This document shows, piece after piece, positions 47,621 to 61,115 of a stretch of 64,000 nucleotides of DNA. Every line of letters begins with the position of its first letter. Positions within the stretch are counted from its first letter, which is position 1. Both the position numbers and the translations under genes were made by a program. A model generated the notes under the pieces. That model made no database searches. It was not told the origin of the DNA and saw only the letters and a list, made by a program, of their open reading frames with translations. Source of the stretch: an uncultured Parachlamydiaceae bacterium (GTDB lineage Bacteria; Chlamydiota; Chlamydiia; Chlamydiales; Parachlamydiaceae); assembly GCA_963752155.1 (NCBI GenBank), contig CAVVXH010000010.1:448001-512000 (forward strand), written 5' to 3'.

Positions 47621-48463
47621 ATGTTAAAAAAATATCGACCAGTTACACCCGGTACGCGGCAATTACTTCTTCCAATGAATGAAGCACTTACACGTGTTGA
47701 AGGTTCTCGCGCTACGGTAAAACCGACTAAATCGTTGTTGTTAGCAAAAAGAAGAACGTCCGGAAGAAATAACAATGGGCATATCACATGTCGACATAAG
47801 GGCGGAGGCCATAAAAAGCAATTCCGTATCATCGATTTTAAACGCGATAAAGAAGATATTCCTGCGCGCGTTGCTTCTATTGAATATGATCCAAATCGTT
47901 CTGCTTATATTGCATTACTGAATTATGCAGATGGAGAAAAGCGTTATATCTTAGCCCCGCATGGTCTAAAAGTCGGTGATACAGTGCAAACAAGCAAAGA
48001 GCCTCCTTTCCACGTCGGTTGCTGCATGCGTTTAAAGCATATGCCTATTGGATCGACGATTCACAATATTGAAATGCAGCCAAGTAAAGGTGCAAAACTT
48101 GTCCGTTCTGCTGGGCTTTCAGCGCAGTTGATGGCACGAAGCGGTGGATATGCGACTTTGCGTATGCCTTCGGGTGAAATGCGCATGATCAATGAAGAAT
48201 GCAAGGCAACTTTCGGAGCCGTTTCCAATCCGGAGCACAATTTGCGTGTTGAAGGAAAAGCTGGACGTATGCGCTGGAAAGGTGTTCGCCCCACTGTTCG
48301 TGGTACTGCTATGAACCCTGTCGACCACCCTCACGGTGGTGGTGAAGGTAAACATAAAGGTAATATCCCTCAAACACCATGGGCACTTTTTACACGTGGT
48401 CTGCGCACACGATCGCAGAAGAAGTCCAATAAGTTCATTGTTAAAGATCGAAGGAAGAAGTAA
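47621..48463 (+). CDS. rplB: 50S ribosomal protein L2
   Basis: [50 protein letters not shown]. Confidence 0.98.
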   Translation: MLKKYRPVTPGTRQLLLPMNEALTRVEGSRATVKPTKSLLLAKRRTSGRNNNGHITCRHKGGGHKKQFRIIDFKRDKEDIPARVASIEYDPNRSAYIALLNYADGEKRYILAPHGLKVGDTVQTSKEPPFHVGCCMRLKHMPIGSTIHNIEMQPSKGAKLVRSAGLSAQLMARSGGYATLRMPSGEMRMINEECKATFGAVSNPEHNLRVEGKAGRMRWKGVRPTVRGTAMNPVDHPHGGGEGKHKGNIPQTPWALFTRGLRTRSQKKSNKFIVKDRRKK

Positions 48464-48465
48464 AT

Positions 48466-48730
48466 ATGGCAAGATCCCTAAAAAAAGGCCCGTTTGTTGA
48501 TCACCATCTTACGTAAAAAAGTGGAAGAACAAAATCGTCAAGGCTCGAAAAAGCCAATAAAAACATGGTCCCGACGTTCAATGATTACTCCTGAAATGGT
48601 TGGTCATACTTTTGAAGTGCATAATGGACGCAAGTTCTTAAGCGTTTTTGTAACTGAAAATATGGTCGGGCATCGGCTGGGAGAGTTTTCGCCAACGCGT
48701 CTATTTAAAGGGCACCCAATTAAGAAGTAA
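48466..48730 (+). CDS. rpsS: 30S ribosomal protein S19 (one apparent frameshift)
   Basis: [15 protein letters not shown], then [23 protein letters not shown] in another frame. Confidence 0.93.
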
Positions 48731-48742
48731 AGGTCGCTGCAA

Positions 48743-49094
48743 ATGATATAAAGCTAATGCTATAAGTAAATATCTTCGAATCAGTCCTCGAAAAGCTCGC
48801 CTTAGCTGCAGGACTCATCCGTGGAAAATCTGTGTCTACAAGCAACATACACAGTTGAAATTTTGCAAACTCAAAGGCGGACGCCTCTTGCAAAAAACGC
48901 TCGATAGTGCTGTTGCAAATGCTGAAACACAGCATGATTTGCGCAGAGAAGCATCTGATCGTTGATGAGGTTCGCGTCGATGAAGGCCCACGTTTAAAGC
49001 GCGCAAAGCCGAAAAATCAAGGGTGGCCGTCATCCGATCATGAAACGCACAAGTCATTTTACTGTAATTGTATGCGAAGTAAGGAGTATTGTAA
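48743..49094 (+). CDS. rplV: 50S ribosomal protein L22 (frameshifted; end approximate)
   Basis: KYLRISPRKARL, LDSAVANAE, VDEGPRLKR across frames. Confidence 0.9.
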
Positions 49095-49748
49095 ATGGGA
49101 CAAAAAACACATCCGATTGGTTTTCGACTCGTTCGCAATCGCAATTGGCGCTCCAAATGGTATGCAAATAAACAAGAATTTGGAACTTTGCTTCATAGAA
49201 GATCAACTTAATTCGTAACTATTCTCTTGAAGAAGAGTGCTCTTCAAGGGGCTTCCAGAATTTCCATTAGACGCATGAGTGAAAAAATCGAAGTCACTAT
49301 TCACACTGCTCGACCAGGAATGGTCATTGGTAAAAAAGGGGCTGAAATTGAAGTTCTTAAAGGTGAACTCCTCACGCCTTACAGGTAAAGAGATTTGGAT
49401 CGAAGTCGAAGAAATTAAGCGCCCAGATCTAGATGCTAAAATTGTAGCAGATGGAATCGCAAAGCAGCTTGAACGCAGAATTCCTTTCCGCCGTGCAATG
49501 CGAAAAAGCATGCAGTCGGCAATGGATGCGGGTGCACTAGGTGTTAAAGTTCAAGTCTCAGGTCGGCTTGGCGGAGCAGAAATTGCTCGGACAGAATGGT
49601 ATAAAGAGGGAAGTACGCCTCTACATACTCTCCGTGCTGATATCGACTATGCTACAGGGCGTGCAGAAACGACCTATGGTAGTATCGGAGTCAAAGTTTG
49701 GATTTATCGCGGTGAAGATAATGTTCGTCGAAGAAGGAGGAAGCTTAA
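49095..49748 (+). CDS. rpsC: 30S ribosomal protein S3 (frameshifted)
   Basis: [47 protein letters not shown]. Confidence 0.95.
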
Positions 49749-49750
49749 CC

Positions 49751-50169
49751 ATGGCTCTAATGCCGAAAAGAACAAAGCATCGCAAATGCAAAAAGGACAA
49801 ATGGCCGGCATCAGCAAAGGCGGCAACTTTGTTCATTTTGGTGAATTTGGAATCCAAGTTCTCGAACGAGGATGGATCACAAACCAACAAATCGAAGCTT
49901 GCCGCGTAGCAATCAATCGATACTTTCAACGTCGCGGTAAAGTGTGGATTCGAATTTTTCCTGATAAGCCTGTTACAAAAAAGCCTGCAGAAGTTCGAAT
50001 GGGTAAAGGAAAAGGGGGCGTTGATCACTGGGTTGCTGTTGTTAGACCTGGACGTGTCCTCTTTGAAGTAGCCAACGTTCCGCGAGATATGGCTCAAAGT
50101 GCATTAAGGCGTGCATCTGCAAAATTAGGAATAAAAACGCGATTTGTTGAACGCGTCGAACAAGTTTGA
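49751..50169 (+). CDS. rplP: 50S ribosomal protein L16 (frameshift near the start creates an artificial fusion with rpsC in the ORF track)
   Basis: [45 protein letters not shown]. Confidence 0.95.
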
Positions 50170-50177
50170 GGATTATT

Positions 50178-50389
50178 ATGACAAAAGCAAAAGATTTGAG
50201 AGATCAACTCATAGAAGAACTTGAAGCGCTCTTGATGAAGCTCGCAAGGAACTCTTCAAGCTAAGAAGTGAAGTGACCAAAGGTGGAAGAAATCGAAAAA
50301 CCGCATCGCATCTGCTATGCGCGTAAGGAAATTGCACGGATTATTGACAGTCTTGCATGAAAAGCAAACAGTCAACTGCGGTAAATTAA
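50178..50389 (+). CDS. rpmC: 50S ribosomal protein L29 (frameshifted; end approximate)
   Basis: MTKAKDLRD...EEL, RKELFKLR, EKPHRI..ARKEIAR; operon position. Confidence 0.85.
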
Positions 50390-50398
50390 GGAAGTATC

Positions 50399-50655
50399 AT
50401 GGAATCAGAAGAGCGAGGAAATCGCAAAGTTAAAAAAGGAATAGTCGTTTCCAACAAAATGCAAAAGACTGTCGTTGTCAAAGTTCAGACAACCATGCGC
50501 CATCCACAATATGGTAAAGTGGTTACTCGAAATAGCAAATTCTATGCCCATCAGTGAAAATGACTCCTTGAAAATTGGCGATGAAGTTGAAATCGTTGAA
50601 ACACGCCCTCTTATCAAAGTTAAAGCGTTGGCGCGTAGTTGCTACGACTGCATAG
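50399..50655 (+). CDS. rpsQ: 30S ribosomal protein S17 (frameshifted)
   Basis: [39 protein letters not shown]. Confidence 0.92.
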
Positions 50656-50753
50656 ATTTGCAAAAATTTGTCTAGTGAGCAAATGATAAGAATCGCAAAT
50701 TAGAGTGCAGAAGCTAAAGATAGATGAAATTAGAAAAATCGGAGTTTTGAGTC

Positions 50754-51119
50754 ATGATTCAGCAAGAAACCGAGCTTAAAGTCGCTGACAATACCGGTGC
50801 AAAGCGGGTAAAATGCTTTAAAGTCTCGGCGGTTCAAGCGGCGTTATGCCGATGTCGGTGATATTATCGTTTGCTCCGTTAAAGAGGCTGATCCAGATAG
50901 TAATGTCAAAAAAGGCGATGTTGTCAAAGCTGTCATTGTTAGGACAAAACGTACATTAGGCGTAAAGATGGTACAAAATTCCGTTTTGATACCAATAGCT
51001 GTGTGCTCATTGACGATAAAAATAATCCACGAGGAACACGTATTTTTGGACCCGTGGCTCGCGAAGTGCGTGATCGCGAATTTTTGAAAATCGCCTCACT
51101 GGCTCCAGAAGTGATTTAA
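50754..51119 (+). CDS. rplN: 50S ribosomal protein L14 (frameshifted)
   Basis: [53 protein letters not shown]. Confidence 0.94.
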
Positions 51120-51135
51120 AGCGAAGGCAGTAGAT

Positions 51136-51504
51136 ATGAATAGAAATTCAATAAGAAGAAAAAGAAAGCTAGCAGCCCCAGGTAGTAAAAGAATCCACAA
51201 GGGCGAACAAGTTATGGTAATTGCCGGTAACGAATTAGGGAAATTAGGTACTGTTCTAGCTGTAGAGGGTCCCAAAGTTTCGTTCAAGGCATCAATATGG
51301 TCAAGAAACATGTTAAACGATCTCAGGAAAATCCGAAAGGAAGCACCATTTAAATTGAAAAACCAATTCATGTTTCGAATTTACGCATATGTGTCAACGA
51401 CAAACCTGTAAATAAAAGTACGTGTGAACGAAAAGGGGACCGTGAATTGTACTTACATGGAAGGCGATACGCTGTAGTATATAACAAGTAAAGCAACCAT
51501 TTAA
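51136..51504 (+). CDS. rplX: 50S ribosomal protein L24 (frameshifted; end approximate)
   Basis: IHKGEQVMVIAGNELGK.GTVL, GINMVKKHVKR, EKPIHVSN. Confidence 0.88.
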
Positions 51505-51518
51505 TGAGTTAAAGGAAA

Positions 51519-52073
51519 ATGTCTAGGTTAAAGAAAAGATATCATGAGGTCGTTAAGGCAGAGTTGCAAGAGAAGTTTGCTTACTCAAATCCAATGAAGA
51601 TCCCGTTCTGAAAAAGATCGTCATCAATATGGGTATTGCTGAAGCTTCAAAAGATAAAAACTCGATACAAGATTGCGTCAAAGAGATGACGATGCTTTCT
51701 GGGCAAAAGCCTATTGTCACGAAAGCCAAAAAGGCGATTTCGAACTTTAAATTGCGCGAAGGCCAGCCTATCGGCATAAAGGTGACTTTTCGTGGTGTGA
51801 GAATGTATGAATTTATTGACCGCTTTTTCAATATCGTATGTCCTCGCATTCGCGACTTCAGAGGCTTTCCTCAAAGTGTGATGGAAGCGGAAATTATAGC
51901 TTAGGACTAGAAGACCAGCAGATATTCCCTGAAATTAACCTCGATGAGGTGAAAAAACGCAAGGGATGAATATCACATTTGTGACACAGCTGCAGACAGA
52001 TGAAGAATGCGTAGAGCTATTAAGATTGCTCGGTCTACCATTTAAAAATTTACCGATAGCGGTAGCAGCTTAA
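51519..52073 (+). CDS. rplE: 50S ribosomal protein L5 (frameshifted)
   Basis: [41 protein letters not shown]. Confidence 0.94.
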
Positions 52074-52088
52074 GAAGGAGAAGGAAAC

Positions 52089-52489
52089 ATGGCAATTAGC
52101 GATCCAATAGCCGATTTCCTCACAAGGATTCGCAATGCCATCAAGGCTCAGCACCGATATGTCGATATGCATTGGAGCAAAATGAAGCAAAATATCGCTG
52201 AAATCCTCAAAAATCAAGGATTTATCGAAAACTTTCTCGTAAAGCATGACAACAAGCAGCGCGGAACAATGCGCGTATTCTTGAAATACGCTGACTGGTC
52301 GTCGTCCGGTTATTCAAGGATTGAAAAGAGTCTCTAAGCCTGGTTTGCGCCGATATGTTGGACACCAAGATATCCTCACTTTTATGGTGGACTTGGGCTA
52401 TCCATTCTTCTCGACTTCGCAAGGTGTTATGGCCGGAGCTGAAGCTAAAGCGCAAAATCGGCGGCGAACTTTTGTGCCTAGTGTGGTAG
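52089..52489 (+). CDS. rpsH: 30S ribosomal protein S8 (frameshifted)
   Basis: DPIADFLTRIRNA, IAEILK..GFI, RVSKPGLRRY, STSQGVM. Confidence 0.94.
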
Positions 52490-52554
52490 AGATTTGTAAA
52501 AATAACGTCCCCAGAAAGATGGTGGGTTTACGTGAGTAAAGGAGAAAATTTGTC

Positions 52555-53119
52555 ATGTCTCGTAAAGGTAAACATCCCAATTCCTCTACCGAAAGGGGTA
52601 GAAGTTAAAGTCAACGATAATGAAATTCATGTGAAAGGCCCTAAAGGTACTTTACAACATGAAGCTTGTCCCGCGAGTTGAAGTGTGATGTAAAGATGGA
52701 CTTAGTTCCATGTCGAATTTGACTGAAAATCATCAAGATGAAGGTACATTTCCATGGTCTTTTATCGTATCGCTCATCAACAATATGGTTGATGGTGCTT
52801 CTCAAGGTTTCGAAAAAAAATTAGAGATGATCGGCGTGGGTTACCGTGCTGCTGTCCAAGGTCATCTCCTAGATTTGCAGATAGGTTTTCTCTCATCCAA
52901 CTAAACTGCACTATTCCTGAAGGAGATCCAGGTAGTCAAAAGTGGAATAAGAATAAATAATCTCGATCACTATTCCGGATTTGACAAACATAAAGTGGGC
53001 CAATTTGCTGCTAACAGTGCGTGCAGTGCGTCCACCTGAACCCTATCAAGGGCAAGGGAATTCGTTATCAAGGCGAATATGTCCGCAAGAAAGCGGGTAA
53101 AGCTGCTGCTAAAAAGTAA
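52555..53119 (+). CDS. rplF: 50S ribosomal protein L6 (frameshifted)
   Basis: [45 protein letters not shown]. Confidence 0.92.
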
Positions 53120-53140
53120 CGTTAATTGCTATAAGGTAGT

Positions 53141-53518
53141 ATGAGAAACACATTAGAAACAAGATCAATAGAAGACGCAAGCAGAGCAATGCGAGTGCGC
53201 AAGAATTCGCGGAACAAGCACTAAAGCCACGACTCTGTGTCGTCAAAGAGCAATTGCCATATCCAAGTGCAACTGATCGATGATGAAAACGGCAAAACAT
53301 TGGCATGGACTGCAACTTTTGCCAAAGAATTTCGAGAAACGGAATTCTGCGAAAAAAAATAAAACTTCAGCTGCCGAAAACTTGGTGCGAAATATCGCCG
53401 AAATCGCCAAAGAGCAACAATATTAAAGAAGTGGTTTTCGACCGCGGGCCTTTCAAATATCATGGCATCTTCGCGGAACTTGCCGATGCAGCTCGCACTG
53501 GCAGGATTACAATTTTAA
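53141..53518 (+). CDS. rplR: 50S ribosomal protein L18 (frameshifted)
   Basis: KPRLCV, VQLIDD..GKTL, VVFDRGPFKYHG...ELADAAR. Confidence 0.9.
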
Positions 53519-53546
53519 AATAGTCAGCTAAATTTGAGGATTAAAT

Positions 53547-54091
53547 ATGGCAAAGCAGAGTGATCCGCAAAAACGAGATAGTTCGACAGAACAGATAAAG
53601 AAAAGAGAAAGAAAAGCCGAAAGCGATCTGACTGAAAAGGTACTCTATATCAATCGCTGCTCTAAAGTTGTGAAAGGGCGGACGAAAGTTCAGCTTTTCT
53701 GCATTAATTCTTAGTAGGAGATGGAAAAGGTCGTGTTGGTTACGGCTTCGCAAAAGCAAACGAATTGACAGATGCTATCCGCAAAGGTGGAGAAGCTGCC
53801 CGTAAAAATATGATCAGTATTGCCCATCGAAGGCACACAATCCCTCATGAAGTCATTAGACAATGGGATGGCGCAATACTATTACTAAAACCAGCACCTG
53901 ATGGTGCGGCGTTATCGCAGGATCAAAAGTACGTGCTGTCTTCGAAATGGCAGGAATTATAAAGATGTCATGGCCAAAAATTTGGGTCGCAAGAAATCCA
54001 ATCAACCAAGTTAAAGCTGACCTTTAAAGCATTTCGAAATTGCGACAGCCGAGACAAGATTAAACAGATAGAGGAGCGCTGGAAAGCATGA
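53547..54091 (+). CDS. rpsE: 30S ribosomal protein S5 (frameshifted)
   Basis: EKVLYINRCSKVVKGGRK, GDGKGRVGYGFAKANE..DAIRKG, TIPHEV, LLKPAP.G. Confidence 0.92.
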
Positions 54092-54550
54092 TCACTCTTG
54101 CAATCTTAAAAAATATGTCCCGATCTCAAAAAGCGACGAAGCGTGTAGGTCGGGGCCTGGTTCCGGACTAGGAAAAACATGTGGACGTGGCGAAAAAGGG
54201 GCTGGATCTCGATCTGGTTACAAACGCCGTCATAGGATATGAAGGCGGACAGTTTAGGACGTTCATGAAAATACCATCGCGTGGATTTAAGCAAGAACGG
54301 TTCCGACAGACCTATCGATTGTCGTTAATCTTGGACAAATCGAATCAATGTATGAAGACGGCGAGACAGTCAATGTCCAAACTTTGAAAGAACGTGGATT
54401 TCTTTCACGGCCTTCGCATGGCTCAAAATACTTGGCAACGGCGAGCTGACAAAAAAACGTGACAATCGAAGCTCATGCTTTTTCTGACAGTGCAAGAGAA
54501 AAATTGAACACTGCAAAATTGCCTTCAATCTCTCGACAATTGCCAAGTAG
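54088..54550 (+). CDS. rplO: 50S ribosomal protein L15 (frameshifted)
   Basis: KRVGRGPGSGLGKTCGRGEKGAGSRSG, GYEGGQ, P.RGF, KILGNGEL. Confidence 0.92.
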
Positions 54551-54589
54551 TCGGTGAAGATCCAATGCCATAAGACATATAGGATACCA

Positions 54590-55963
54590 ATGCTGCAAGA
54601 AATTCAACGAGTTTTTCAAGTCCCTGAGCTAAGATCAAAAATTCTGTTCACTTTGTTGATGCTAGCTGTTTGCCGCATCGGTAGCATTTATTCCGGTTCC
54701 AGGAATCAATGGTGAAATCGCTGTGAGTTTTTTCAGACATGCTACAGGTGGCGGCCAAAACCTTTTTCAGATGGTCGATATTTTTTCTGGCGGCGCATTT
54801 TCGCAGATGACTGTCATCGCCCTTGGTGTGGTGCCTTACATCTCTGCTTCGATCATTATGCAGTTCTTGTGGCCTTTGGCCATCGCTTCAAAGGAAATGA
54901 GAGAAAATCAGAGCAAGGTAAAGCGCAAAGTCAATAAACTTGACACGCCTTTTAACTGTAGTTCTTTCGTTCTTCAGTCGGCCTTTTTTGCAAAATATGC
55001 TTTGCAAATGAATTTAGCGTCCTGGCATTATTGCAGGCGAACTTCTCGATATTCAAATTTTTGGGATTCCCATGGCTGTTTTACTTAGTTGTTATCTTCA
55101 CAATGACTACAGGAACAATGTTTCTTAATGTGGATTGGAGAACAGATCACTGAAAGAGGAATCGGCAATGGAATGAGTTTAATTATCACGATTGGGATAT
55201 CTGTCTTCATTGCCCACTGCCTTGGGCTTGATTTTCCAACAGCTTAACTTGGACTCCCAAGAGCCAGGACAAATGAATTTTGCATCTGTCCTTGTTTTAG
55301 TTGGCAGTATTTGTCTTGGTCACTATCGCAACAATTTTGATTATCCAAGGTCATCGACGTATTCCTCTGCAATATGCTAGAAGAGTCGTGGGAAGAAAAG
55401 AAGTGCAAGGAGGAAACTCTTATATTCCGTTAAAAGTCAATTATGCTGGTGTTATTCCTGTCATATTTGCCTCTTCGCTGCTTATGTTCCCTGCCACTCT
55501 TGGCACTTTTGTTGGAAGAGGAAATTGGCTTGGCGAAATTGCCGCTTGGCTGTCTCCAGGAAGTTCTTTATATATGGTTTTTTATGTTGTCCTTGATCAT
55601 ATTTTTCACCTACTTTTGGACTGCTACTCAATTTCGACCCGATCAAATTGCCTCTGATATGAAAAAAAATGGAGCATTTATTCCTGGCATTAGACAAGGA
55701 AAGCCAACTCAAGATTATCTTAGAAAGCACAATGAACCGAATCACATTGATTGGAGCTGTTTTCTTAGCTCTGATCGCTATTTTGCCCGACTATCATTGG
55801 CAGAATGCTTGGAGTTCCACAAACGATCAGTTACTTTTTTGGCGGAACAGCTCTGTTGATCTTAGTAGGTGTTGTTCTCGATACCATGAAACAAGTGGAA
55901 TCCCATCTTCTGATGAAGCGATATGATGGCTTCATGAAAAACGGACGAGTCAGAGGTCGTTAA
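54590..55963 (+). CDS. secY: Preprotein translocase subunit SecY (multiple frameshifts)
   Basis: FSGGAF...[74 protein letters not shown]. Confidence 0.95.
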
Positions 55964-56050
55964 AAGAATTAATAGTTTGCAATTGAAAAAGAATCTGTTA
56001 AAATATTAAAATTTCGATTGGCAGTTTAAGAATTAGAGTAGGAGTTATCA

Positions 56051-56421
56051 ATGCCAAGAGTTATCGGTATCGATATACCGGATAATAAAAGATTAGAGAT
56101 CAGTCTTGACGTACATCTATGGAGTCGGTCGCCATCTTGTCAAATGAAATTATCACAAAACTTGGCCTTGACCCTGACATGCGCGCTCATAAATTGACTC
56201 AAGATGATATTGCTCGTATCAATCGGCTTGTTGCAAGCGGAATATGTCGTTGAAGGAGACCTGCGACGTCAAGTGCAAAATAATATTAAGCGTTTGATTA
56301 ATATCCACTCCTATCGAGGACTCGCCACCGCTTTGGATTGCCTGTTCGCGGACAACGACTAGAACGAATTCTAGAACACGTAAAGGGCAGACGTAAAACA
56401 GTTGCTAACAAGAAAAAATAA
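56051..56421 (+). CDS. rpsM: 30S ribosomal protein S13 (frameshifted)
   Basis: [47 protein letters not shown]. Confidence 0.93.
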
Positions 56422-56441
56422 TTAAGAGGAGTGCACTAACT

Positions 56442-56861
56442 TTGAGCTAAGCCACTAAGCAGACCGACAAGCTGGCAAAAAAACCTGTTAAAACAAACGA
56501 AAGCAGCTCTGAACAGTCCCAGCTGGAATCGCTCATGTCAAAGCGACATTTTAATAACACGATTATTGTTATCACAGATCCTGCTGGAAAAGTAATCTCT
56601 GGTCATCTGCTGGAAAGGTAAATTTTTCCGGATCTCGAAAATCGTCTGCTTTTGCTGCCACTGTTGCTGCTCAAGATGCTGCAAAGGCAGCTGTTTCAGC
56701 TTCTGGAATGAGGAAGTTGAAGTCAATTTAAAAGGACCTGGTGCTGGTCGCGAATCTGCTGTCGAGGATTGCAAAGTGCTGGATTGACAATATCAGCAAT
56801 TCGTGACACAACTCCGGTTCCGCATAATGGATGCCGACCACGCAAACGTCGTCGGGTATAG
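56442..56861 (+). CDS. rpsK: 30S ribosomal protein S11 (frameshifted; start approximate)
   Basis: [54 protein letters not shown]. Confidence 0.93.
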
Positions 56862-56907
56862 TTATTACCTAGCACCCCTACAAACGACAAATTTCAGGAG
56901 TTGACTT

Positions 56908-58084
56908 ATGTCAGTAAAGTATGGCAAATTTGAAATGCCACAAAAAATTACTGTGGATAAAGAATCTGAATCTAAAACATATGCTCGTTTCATCGCTGAG
57001 CCGTTTGAAAGAGGTTTTGGACATACGATCGGTAATTCAATGCGGCGAATGATGCTCTCATCTTTAGAAGCTCCGGCAATCATTTCAATGCGTATTGAAG
57101 GAGCTCCTCACGAGTATATGTCCATTGAAGGCGTTATAGAAGATATGACTAATATCATACTTAACTTCAAAGGAGCTCTTTTCCGTTGTGCACCATCAGA
57201 GCAAGTTCATGTTGCAGGCGGACCACGTCATGTGTCAACTTCATTTGAAGTCACTCGAGAAGATCTCGATAAAAATGGTGGACAAGTTTCAATACTCCTC
57301 GGTGACCTTGTCAAAGAAGGCAATTTTGAAGTTGTCAATCCTGATTTGCACTTTTTACGGTGACTAAGCCTATGAGTCGTCAAATTGATCTACGATTGCA
57401 ATTGGTCGAGGGTATGTGCCTTCAGAACGTCATAATGTGCCAGATAAAACTTCGGATGAAATTCTCATCGATGCGGCTTTTTCTCCTGTTCGTTTAGTCA
57501 ATTATTATGTTGAAAATACACGGGTAGGACAAGATACTGATTTTGATCGATTGATTTTTGAAGTGCATACAGATGGTCGAGTGACCCCTGCAGAAGCGAT
57601 AAGTTTTGCGGCACAGATTGGGCAACGCATTTTGATGTTTTCGCGAAGGATAAAACACATCCCGTGCTTTTTGACGAAGGTTTCGAGAGCATAATCCGAT
57701 CAAGATGAAATGATGGAAAAATTGTCCCTTCGAATCGATGAAATTGAACTTTCTGTTCGTTCAACAAATTGTTTAAGTGGAGCGAACATTGATACAATTG
57801 CTGAGTTGGTTTCGATTCCGGAAAGGCGCATGTTAGAGTTTCGAAATTTTGGAAAGAAATCTCTTAATGAAATTAAAGCTAAATTGACCGAAATGGGTTT
57901 ACATTTAGGAATGGATTTAACTAGTTTTGGTCTGACTTCAGATAATATTAAAGAGAAAGTACGTTTGTACAATGAAGAAAGAAAAGGTCGAAGAGAGCTC
58001 TATAGCGAAAGGGCTAAATCATCTATGGAAGGGGAATCTTTCACTGAAGAGGATGATGAAGATGAAGAGGATGACGAGGAATAA
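56908..58084 (+). CDS. rpoA: RNA polymerase subunit alpha (split in three by frameshifts)
   Basis: [75 protein letters not shown]. Confidence 0.96.
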
Positions 58085-58087
58085 ATC

Positions 58088-58516
58088 ATGAGACATCGTA
58101 AAAATACATGCAAACTTAATCGAACGACTTCGCACCGTCGTTGTATGTTTGCTAATATGCTCAAATCGTTAATTGAAAATGAGCAAATTCAAACAACTGT
58201 TGCAAAAGCTAAGGCTTTGCGGCGTTATGCTGATCAGATGATCACGTTGGCAAAAAAGAATACTTTAGCTGCTAGGCGACAAGCTATTAGTGCGCTAATG
58301 ATTCGTTTTAATCAATTAAGCGATAAAGAGGAGCGTGCAGCCCGAAACGGTGATACTTCAGCTTACAATACAGATCGTAAAGTCATTCAGAAGCTGTTTG
58401 ACGAGCTGGGAGTACGCTTTGTGAATCGTAATGGTGGATATACACGAATTATGAAAAGTTCACATCGTTTGGGTGATAACGCTCAAATGGCTGTCATTGA
58501 ATATCTTCAGGATTAG
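58088..58516 (+). CDS. rplQ: 50S ribosomal protein L17
   Basis: MRHRK...[39 protein letters not shown]. Confidence 0.97.
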   Translation: MRHRKNTCKLNRTTSHRRCMFANMLKSLIENEQIQTTVAKAKALRRYADQMITLAKKNTLAARRQAISALMIRFNQLSDKEERAARNGDTSAYNTDRKVIQKLFDELGVRFVNRNGGYTRIMKSSHRLGDNAQMAVIEYLQD

Positions 58517-58663
58517 CAAGGACAGCAAGGACGGCAAGGACGACAAGGACGACAAGGCAAGGACAATTCCCTGTGTTACCGTCTCTCCTTGCCTGCTGTT
58601 TTTAACGTCCCTGTTGTCCTTGTTGTCCTTGTTGTCCTTGCTGTCCCTGTCGTCCTTGCCGTC
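58517..58663. repeat. Inverted 9-bp tandem arrays immediately after the rplQ stop
   Basis: CAAGGACRR x~5 (58517-58566) and reverse complement x~6 (58607-58663). Confidence 0.9.
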
Positions 58664-58772
58664 TAAGAGCTAAGTGTTATTTTTCTTTATTTCAAATCCA
58701 ATATGCAGTATCTTTAGCTCAAGTGAAGGCTTTGTAGCCCTTTTTATTTAATTCTTGTCTAGGGAGGATCTT

Positions 58773-59803
<1,031 letters not shown>

Positions 59804-59831
59804 AACCCCTTTAACTTTGGAATAATTAAAC

Positions 59832-61013
59832 GTGGATTTTACTCGTGAACCAATTATTGAAACTGTCATTACCCCTAAAGAGGGGTGTACACTTGTCGTC
59901 CGCAGCAGTAAAAGTTCGGGACAAGATGAACATTTTGTAGATGCTGTCGAAGTCGTCGCCTTCGGAAATTCTATTTTTTTCCGCTCTCGCGAGCGCCCAA
60001 AAGCTTTCTTAGTGCCTGTAAGCGATTATGAAATTTTAGAAGTGCGCGAAACACGGTTGCTTTTGAAAAATGTGAGTGTTGATCGTGCCATTAAAATAGC
60101 CGGTGGACGGGAAGCTCCTCTTCATCCAGGGCGTGAAGTTTCAATTTCAAAAGGTGAACAGCCTGTTGCCACTTCCTCCGAAAAGAATGGAACGCAACAA
60201 GGTGTGCAACCAAAACCTCAAGAACTGCCTTTACCTGAGGATTCTGCGACTTCGGATGCGAAGTTAGACATTCGAGGAGATAAAAAGCGCGATAGGCGAA
60301 GGAATCATCGACGTCGGCGTGGAAAAGAAGATGGCAAGGGTATAGAGGATGCTGAATCAGGAGAAGCCTTCCCATCGGGTGCTGATAATGTTGAACTGCC
60401 GGCACCTCATCTGACTAAAGAGGAGATTACTGCAACTTCTTCTACGGCTCCGGTAGCTGCGTTACTTTCTAGTTTGCTTTCACCTCCACCAAATCTTATT
60501 TCCGAAACCATTGCTCGGTATAAAGATAATGTTCTGTTCAAAGGAGCTTTTTTCTCAAAAGAAGTTGAGACGGATGATCTAGATGAGGATCAGGATGAAG
60601 GGGAAGAGACAGAAAATTCTGGAAACGAAGAAGATGAAGTCAATGAAGGGGTTGAAAAAGAGGAAAACTCAAATGTAGATCGCCCTCATGGGCACCTTTT
60701 GCATGAAGGGTTGAGTGAGCAACATGAGGAAATTGAAGTTCCCCAAATGTCTCTCGATTATCCTGTTTATGGTTTTTTAGAGAAAGATGCTGATTCAGAT
60801 GATATCTCTGAAGGTGCTTGCGAGGTAGCTCATGAGGTAGAGTGTGGAGTGCATGAGGAACCGGTTTCTAGTAAAGAAGAAATTGTTCCTTCTGACACTG
60901 TATCTCATGCTGCAGAAGTAATCGCTGATGAACATTTATCTTCAGATGAAGTTTCTGTTGAAAGTAAGCATGAAGAAGAGGATGCGAAGCCTTTTGAAAG
61001 TAAAGATAATTAA
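59832..61013 (+). CDS. grgA: GrgA-like chlamydial transcription factor (CT504 family)
   Basis: N-terminus MDFTREPIIETVITPKEG..LVVR.SK...QD..FVDAVEVV..G..FFR...PKAFLVP.SDYE..EVR, basic RRR cluster, syntenic after rplQ-gapA. Confidence 0.8.
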   Translation: MDFTREPIIETVITPKEGCTLVVRSSKSSGQDEHFVDAVEVVAFGNSIFFRSRERPKAFLVPVSDYEILEVRETRLLLKNVSVDRAIKIAGGREAPLHPGREVSISKGEQPVATSSEKNGTQQGVQPKPQELPLPEDSATSDAKLDIRGDKKRDRRRNHRRRRGKEDGKGIEDAESGEAFPSGADNVELPAPHLTKEEITATSSTAPVAALLSSLLSPPPNLISETIARYKDNVLFKGAFFSKEVETDDLDEDQDEGEETENSGNEEDEVNEGVEKEENSNVDRPHGHLLHEGLSEQHEEIEVPQMSLDYPVYGFLEKDADSDDISEGACEVAHEVECGVHEEPVSSKEEIVPSDTVSHAAEVIADEHLSSDEVSVESKHEEEDAKPFESKDN

Positions 61014-61022
61014 GGCCAATCC

Positions 61023-61071
61023 CTAAGTCAGCGTTTGAGATCGTTAGTCGTTGATCACAAACGTTGACTTA
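61023..61071 (+). terminator. Long hairpin after grgA
   Basis: taagtcagcgtttg...caaacgttgactta with an inner gatc/gatc pair. Confidence 0.5.
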
Positions 61072-61115
61072 TCTCGATCCCTGTCGGGAAGTATCAAATT
61101 TCTAAAGCTCCTTTC

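Noticed and set aside
49279..50169. Apparent RpsC-RplP fusion
   Set aside because: Produced by indels; rplP has its own ATG at 49751 in a segment full of frameshifts
48466..58084. Pseudogenisation or programmed frameshifting of ribosomal genes
   Set aside because: Essential genes with intact motifs and many scattered indels; assembly error is far more parsimonious
45868..58516. Absence of rpsJ, rpsN, rpmD, adk and rpsD from the operon as a novelty
   Set aside because: This is the normal chlamydial arrangement
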